In this document: piece by piece, positions 59,370-64,000 of the stretch | Layout: every line of letters starts with the position of its first letter | How positions within the stretch are numbered: position 1 is the first letter of the stretch | Assembly: GCF_009914755.1 (NCBI RefSeq) | Contig: NC_060940.1 | Length of the DNA stretch: 64,000 bases | From: the human T2T-CHM13v2.0 reference genome, Homo sapiens | Reading direction: 5' to 3' (one strand) | The notes under the pieces: model-generated | What the model saw: only the letters and a program-made list of their open reading frames with translations | What the model was told of the DNA's origin: nothing | Database searches by the model: none | Position numbers and translations under genes: made by a program

Positions 59370-60045
59370 ACTTCCCAGGCTTTTGGCATTTTACCATTAT
59401 CATACCCAAGGTCCCTGTGATCTGGCCTCTGCCCACCTCTCAAGGCTAATCTCCTGCCACTGCCTTGATATTCGTGATGGGGGATATTAAACTGTGTGAC
59501 ATGCCCTAAATTCTCGATGCCATTTTGCTCTTCTGTTCCCTTTGCAGAGGCCATTTTTTTTTTCTGCCTGTAAGAATCAGCTCTTTCCCTCTTGTCTACT
59601 TGCTTAACAACTTCTCTTCTTCCAAGATCCCATCTGAGTATCTCCTCCACTGGGTGGCCTTCATGATTCTTTTCTTTGTACTGCTTCCCTCTCAGCTGCA
59701 ATCAAGTTCTCTTTATATTTCTCTGGGTCTCTGGGCATCACTCTATCATACAATGCACTGCATTGAATTGAAACTATTGGTTTATAAATGTCTTTCTTCA
59801 TCTGGACAGTGAATTATTGAGTCCATGTCTAATGTATACCTACATCTCCAACACCTCTCTCTCATGCATACCTACGTCTCCAACACCTGTAAGAGAGAGG
59901 GATCTCCTCTGACCAGAGCATTAAAGATCAACTGCAGCTCTTCCCTTGAGCATAGGTGTTTGCTTTATTTACATTAGTGCCCAGTTATCCATAGAGCATA
60001 GTCAAGATATTAAATGCTTATTGAAATGATTAATGTGTTAGAATA
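59370..60045 (+). mobile_element. L2 3' relic, interrupted near its end by a complex insertion
   Basis: ccctgtgatctggcctctgcccacctc...gtctttcttcatctggacagtgaa...atctccaacacct...taaatgcttattgaaatgattaatg. Confidence 0.7.
59903..59988 (+). repeat. 86-bp dispersed direct repeat, copy A (copy B at 61547-61632)
   Basis: 78/86 identical, ungapped, offset 1644 bp. Confidence 0.95.
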
Positions 60046-60214
60046 AAGCAAAGGAAGCAATGTCACTAATCATTTATTTTACCCTGTTGTGGGTACTATG
60101 TTATGTGTTGAGCACACAAAATGATCTAGTATAAGCCTTGCCTCTAGATACCTAAAATCTAGAGGAAGAGAGAGATATATAAATAGACCATCATAATTCT
60201 GTAATGTAGGTAAG

Positions 60215-60636
60215 TGATATGGTTTGGATCTGTGTCCCCACCAAATCTTATGTCAAATTGTAATCCCCAGTGTTGGAGGTGGGGTCTGGTGGGAGGTGAT
60301 TGGATCATGGAAGTGGATTTCTCATGAATGCTTTAGCACCATCCTCCTTGGTACTGTCCTCGTGATAGTGAGTGAGTTCTCATGGGATCTGGTCATTTAA
60401 AAGTGTGTGGCACCTCGCCCTCTCACTCTCTCTTGCTCTTGCTCCTGCCATGTGAGACATTTCACTCCCACTTTGACTCCTACCATGATTAGAAGCTTCC
60501 TGAGGCCTCCCCCAAAGTAGAAGTTACCATGCTTCCTGTACAGCCTGCAGAACCGTGTGCCAATTCAACATCTTTTCTTTATATATCACCTGGTCTCAGG
60601 TATTTCTTTATAGCAATGTGAGAACAAACTAATATA
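60215..60636 (+). mobile_element. MSTA MaLR solo LTR
   Basis: tgatatggtttggatctgtgtcccc...ttctttatagcaatgtgagaacaaactaata; perfect TSD gtaag at 60210-60214 and 60637-60641. Confidence 0.93.
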
Positions 60637-60799
60637 GTAAGTACAGGCTATAAGTGAGGCCGGAGAAAGACATCTAAATCCGATTACTGCCAGATCAAGA
60701 AAGGTACCCTAGGGGGAAATAAATAAGCACTGAATTTTTATTGTCATTACTATTAATTTCATTTAAATAACATTAAATAATTATTTTTTCTTTACTGAC

Positions 60800-61020
60800 A
60801 TATTGGTTGTCTACCATAAAACAACTTCTTTACATGCATCATCTTATCTCTTGCAACAATGTTAGGAAGTGAGTACTGTTATTGTTATTTTATAGAACGG
60901 ATGCTAAGGCACAGGGAAGTTATGAACCTGTCCCTAGGTCACACTGCTAAAAAGTGATAGAACTGGCATTAGAACATGGGTCTTTTGTGATGCTAAAGGC
61001 ACCTCTTGAATTATCCTGCT
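60800..61020 (-). mobile_element. MIR relic
   Basis: cttgcaacaatgttagga...attttatagaacggatgctaaggcacagggaagtta...ggtcacactgctaaaaagtgatagaactgg. Confidence 0.75.
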
Positions 61021-61546
61021 ACAAAGATTCCCCTCGCTATGATGGAATAAACTGAGCAGGGAAAGAAGAAAGAGATGGACATACCAAAAGCGAGGGAATC
61101 ATTTTGGAGGTGAAGGAGCATGCTGTATTTTTGGAAACTGTAAGTTTAGGGCTGTAAGTTCAGGTGTGCAAGAGAGTACAGATCCCAAAAGAAGTGAAAG
61201 AAGAAAAATAAATTAGGTTTATTCTCAATTCCTGCCCTTTCCAGTCTCTCTACTCCCAAGGGGCAGCCCTTGCATTCCCAAGGGTAGCAAAATGTAGTGG
61301 ACAGCGCTGAAGAAAATAACTATTGGTTTTCTTATCTAGGAAGTACCACATTGTTCAGAAGTACTGGAGAATGACAAAGTACGGACCCTTCATCTTCCTC
61401 CTTTGCTGAGGCTAAAAGGAAAGAATAAATAACAGTTGAAAGAAAAGATCAATGAAGGCCTTGACTGCAATAAAAGATAGAAAGTTCCTGGCAAAGGGAA
61501 ACCATAAATGCTATAGAACCTCATTCTTCATCCTTTGAACTGAAGG

Positions 61547-61632
61547 TCTCCTCTGGCCGGACCATTAAAGATCGACTGCAGCTCTTCCCTTGAGCATAGG
61601 TGTTTGCCTTACTTATATTAGTGCCCAGCTAT
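61547..61632 (+). repeat. 86-bp dispersed direct repeat, copy B (probable source copy)
   Basis: Matches 59903-59988; lies in apparently unique sequence. Confidence 0.95.
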
Positions 61633-62519
61633 GCAGGGTGGCATTGAAAACCTGTCTGCAAATACGGTGGAGGCTTTCTTGATGGCTAATCCATAAAGTT
61701 TGCAAAAGTTACATTTATCTCTCAAGACTCATGCGGTTGATATTATACACAGTAGGGCATTTACTCACTCCTTCTTCCATTAGTAACAACATCTAATATA
61801 GCAAGTTGGTGGAGACCAACGTGCTCAGGACACCCGTCCAATTGCTTTCCTGCCTTTCACTAGTGATGGATGGAAGTGATTGAGTTTTTCATCCTGAGCT
61901 GCTGAGCTCCTGTAGATTGTGCTGTGAGATGACAGGGCTACTACCAGAGCTATTTCTTGAGCGTGATGAAGTGACATAGTTTTAAGCTGGGTCCGGGAGT
62001 GCCTTAGGAATTTGGAAGAGCCTTCTGGGGTCCATCATGGATAAACTGGGTAGATGGAGGCTGTGCACTGGAGAACTCTCACATTTTCAGTTTGTAATCC
62101 TACATATGCTTTTCAAAAGAGAGAATGATCTGTTCAAGTAAAAGAACTAAAAATCTCCTAGTGAGTGAAGACAGATGACCTTGGAGACCGGGGACCTCTG
62201 TTAAAAATTTGCACAACCATTAACAGGACTGGTCCTGAATCTAAGTTGCTTCTCTTCCTTTGAACTTTATTAGCATTATCTCTAAAATAATCATGAAAAT
62301 GCAACATGTTATCAAGTTTGGAGGAGTCTTAGGATGGTCAAATGAGATCTCATAAATAAAAGCACCATATTAAGTGCAGGCTGCTGAGGAGCTGTTAGTA
62401 AAGCTAGTTACTACTTCTAAATACTACAGTTTCTATGCAAAGCTTATTATATTTGATCTCTCTTGACTGACCCAGCCATCCTATGAGATAAGTAAACTAG
62501 TAAAGACAGTTTACTCTGC

Positions 62520-62830
62520 CTTGTCTTGATTTTCTTAATCGTGAGTCATCACAACATATATAGCAGAAGTCAAAGACAAGGATTTATGTGCAAATAATTT
62601 ATTAAAGGAATTGTTCCCAAAGGAAATCAGTAAGAAACTAGAAGAAACGGGCTAGGGAAGGAAGGGAGCTAAGCAGGGGAATGATTTCAGATAAAATCCT
62701 GAAAAGTGTAGCTTCATCCTACAGACATAAATTAGACCTTAGAGTTGTCCTATCTGAGGAAGCTGATATTTTCATATTTTGATTTTCATCAGTCTTTGGT
62801 TAAAGGTACCTACTCCTTCTGCCCATATAT
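62520..62830 (-). mobile_element. Old ERVL LTR relic (LTR33/LTR67-like)
   Basis: agacaaggatttatgtgcaaataatttatt...agggaaggaagggagctaagc resembles antisense ERVL LTR ends. Confidence 0.5.
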
Positions 62831-63359
62831 TTCCATTTCAGAGATGGCAATTATTTTTTAATGGATGAGTAAATATTTATTGAACATTGTTTATGTTGCA
62901 GATGCTGTTCTAGATCTGTTCACAGTGGTGAAAATGACAGGCTTCCTCATGGGACAGATAATTAACCAATAAACAGATACATATTTGTTTTCAGGAAATA
63001 AGTGATATGAGCTTATGAGTTTAAAGAGGGTAAGAGGAAAGAAAAATACTAGTGGTAGGGAGAGGGTGATATTTGTGGTACATCAGTTATCCCCCTTCCT
63101 GTCTAGACTTATGACAGATATTCACACCTCCACATCCATTAAGATGAGTCGAAGTCTCAATCTTTTTCAACAAATAATCTCACTTTTAGGGTTCTTATAG
63201 AATGATTCTTGCAACGAGTGCTGTATTAGACAAAATGATGTAAGAAGAGTTTGCTTTTGATTTTCTTTTCAAAAGGAAATAGATATATTATGTTTTATTC
63301 TTTAGTTTTATCCAGCACCAGTCCTGAACCTATTTTACCTTCATTTCATTCCCCAACTT

Positions 63360-63795
63360 TCCCCTGCTCTGCTGGGCACAGCAGATGAGCTGAACCTTGA
63401 ATGTTATAAGGATCCTGCATTAGATAGATTCTGGTTGGTTCAACCAGAGAGACAGGGTGACTGCAGGGCTAGAGGAAGGGAGAAATAAGTAGTTTTCCCT
63501 AGTCTTCTGCTTCAGGAAACAACTCTAGCAGCAGCTGTACCTCCTCTGCATCTCCAGATCCTGCTAGAATGAGCTGTGGTTCCAGTGTGCATCATGGGAC
63601 CCAGGCCGTGGGCTTTGCTAATTCCACTTCCTCCTTCCTTTGTTTCTCCAGCCTATGGAATGATGGTAGTGGTTTCTTGTTGCTGATATCTGGGTTGTCT
63701 CATTTTCCTTTGTTGGCTTATCTCTTCCACCACCTATGACACAAATTGTCTATACTGAATCTCCTCTTTTTTACTGGTTTGACCCTTACTATGGT
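63360..63795 (+). mobile_element. Old ERVL LTR relic (LTR33-like)
   Basis: ggctagaggaagggagaaat...gtttctccagcctatggaatgatggtagtggtttcttgttgctg. Confidence 0.45.
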
Positions 63796-63801
63796 AGCCA
63801 A

Positions 63802-64000
63802 TGTTGGGACTCAGAAAACAACACACCCCAAAATGAAGGCCTCAGAAGCAGCCTCAGAAGCAACAATTTTTTTCTGCCCTCCTCCTTTCCTCTCTCAGTC
63901 CCATTTTCCCCCAAAGCTACCCATAAAACCTGGAATCATTCTTCCCCAAGGTAGGTCATAGAAACCAGAACCTCTTTCTCCCAAAGCCAGCCAAAAAGCC
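63802..64000 (+). mobile_element. MER39-like ERV1 LTR (runs off the window end)
   Basis: tgttgggactcagaaaacaa...caaaatgaaggcctcagaagcagcctcagaagc...ccccaaggtaggtcatagaaaccagaacc. Confidence 0.75.

Noticed and set aside
61547-62000. Possible small RNA gene (duplicated 86-mer; a gtgatga C-box-like motif at ~61963)
   Set aside because: No paired C/D or H/ACA box architecture, terminal stem or Pol III signals that I can support; an Rfam scan would settle it.

Overview
This is primate, almost certainly human, non-coding genomic DNA (intronic or intergenic). It is AT-rich, CpG-depleted and dense in interspersed repeats. I find no credible host protein-coding exon, RNA gene or CpG island. The ORFs I can assign to a family derive from Alu or L1, and the rest look like chance frames. 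Contents: 22 Alu elements, many with readable target-site duplications (TSDs); a near full-length old L1 of about 6.8 kb inserted into an L2; several truncated L1s, one splitting a Tigger2-family DNA transposon; two decayed ERVL-class pol/integrase fossils with their 3' LTRs; solo LTRs (LTR1, THE1, MSTA, MLT1, MLT2, MER39-like); hAT MER5/MER94; MIR and L2 relics; and microsatellites. I do not see a new biological system. The most notable unexplained structures look like DNA repair or replication scars: (i) an 86-bp segment copied from 1.64 kb downstream into an L2, next to a 25-bp duplication and a short inversion (59832-59988 vs 61547-61632); (ii) a 326-bp nested AT-rich palindrome (17913-18238); (iii) a chain of perfect hairpins (9730-9791). 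Repeat subfamily names come from recalled consensus similarity, not a database search, and boundaries of old repeats are approximate.
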